In this document: one piece after another, positions 63,427 to 64,000 of the stretch
Layout of the letters: every line of letters starts with the position of its first letter
How positions within the stretch are numbered: the first letter of the stretch is position 1
Source of the DNA: the human T2T-CHM13v2.0 reference genome, Homo sapiens
Length of the DNA stretch: 64,000 nt
Direction: 5' to 3' (one strand)
NCBI RefSeq assembly: GCF_009914755.1
Contig: NC_060947.1
Made by a program: the position numbers and the translations under genes
The notes under the pieces: generated by a model
The model's database searches: none
What the model was told of the DNA's origin: nothing
The model's input: only the letters and a program-made list of their open reading frames with translations

Positions 63427-63770
63427 TTTTTTCTTCAACTTTTAAGTTCCAGGGTACATGTGCAGGATGCGCAGGTTTGTTACATAGGTAAATGTGTGCC
63501 ATGCTGGTTTGCTGCACAGATCAACCCATCACCTAGGTATTAAGCCCAGCATCCATTATTCTTCATGTTGCTCTCTCCCTCCACCCCCCACCAATGACAG
63601 GCTCCAGTGTGTATTGTTCCCCTCGAAGTGTCCATGTGTTCTCATCGTTCAGCTCCCAGTTATAAGAGAGAACATTTGGTGTTTGGTTTTCTGTTTCTAC
63701 GTGAGTTTGCTGAGGATAACGGCTTCCAGCTTCATCCCTGTCCCTGCAAAGGACATGATCTTGTTCCTTT
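63427..63770 (-). mobile_element. L1PA 3' end fragment inserted into an older L1M fragment that runs to the window end
   Basis: TTTTAAGTTCCAGGGTACATGTGCAGGATG..., followed at 63772-64000 by L1M-type 3' UTR (GGAACCACCATTCTACTTTCTGTCTCTATGAA). Confidence 0.8.
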
Positions 63771-64000
63771 CAGTGACATTAAGTACATTCACATTGCTAT
63801 TCAACCATCGTCACCATAAATCTATCTTCAGAACTTTTTCATCTTCCCCAGCTGAAACTCTACGCCCATTAAACTATAATTATCCATTTCCCTCTCCCCT
63901 AGTCCTTGGGAACCACCATTCTACTTTCTGTCTCTATGAATATGACTATTATAGGTACCTCATATAAGTAGAATCATATAGTATTTGTACTTTTGTGGTT

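Overview
Human-type (primate) genomic DNA with Alu, L1PA and MER repeats, recognised from the encoded protein as the 3' end of GRIA3 (AMPA receptor GluA3) on the + strand. It contains the R/G-editing exon (5575-5822) with its ADAR hairpin, the mutually exclusive 115-nt flop (6384-6498) and flip (20801-20915) exons, the M4/C-tail exon (23537-23784, ending SVKI-stop) and a non-coding terminal exon (29452-~31660). About 32 kb of repeat-rich intergenic DNA follows, holding a decayed LTR16/ERVL provirus with nested L1s, an H3.3 (H3-3A-type) processed pseudogene and a twin-primed L1. The main new observation is a network of complementary intronic elements around flip/flop. A helix (6539-6578 with 20556-20592) closes the 14-kb flop-flip intron and abuts a long local stem (20593-20719), followed by a hairpin over the flip branch region (20748-20788). 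A competing helix loops out flop (6305-6321 with 6569-6586). Together these suggest an RNA-structure switch for mutually exclusive flip/flop splicing. All pairings were read by eye; function, conservation and novelty are untested. Repeat boundaries and subfamily names are approximate.
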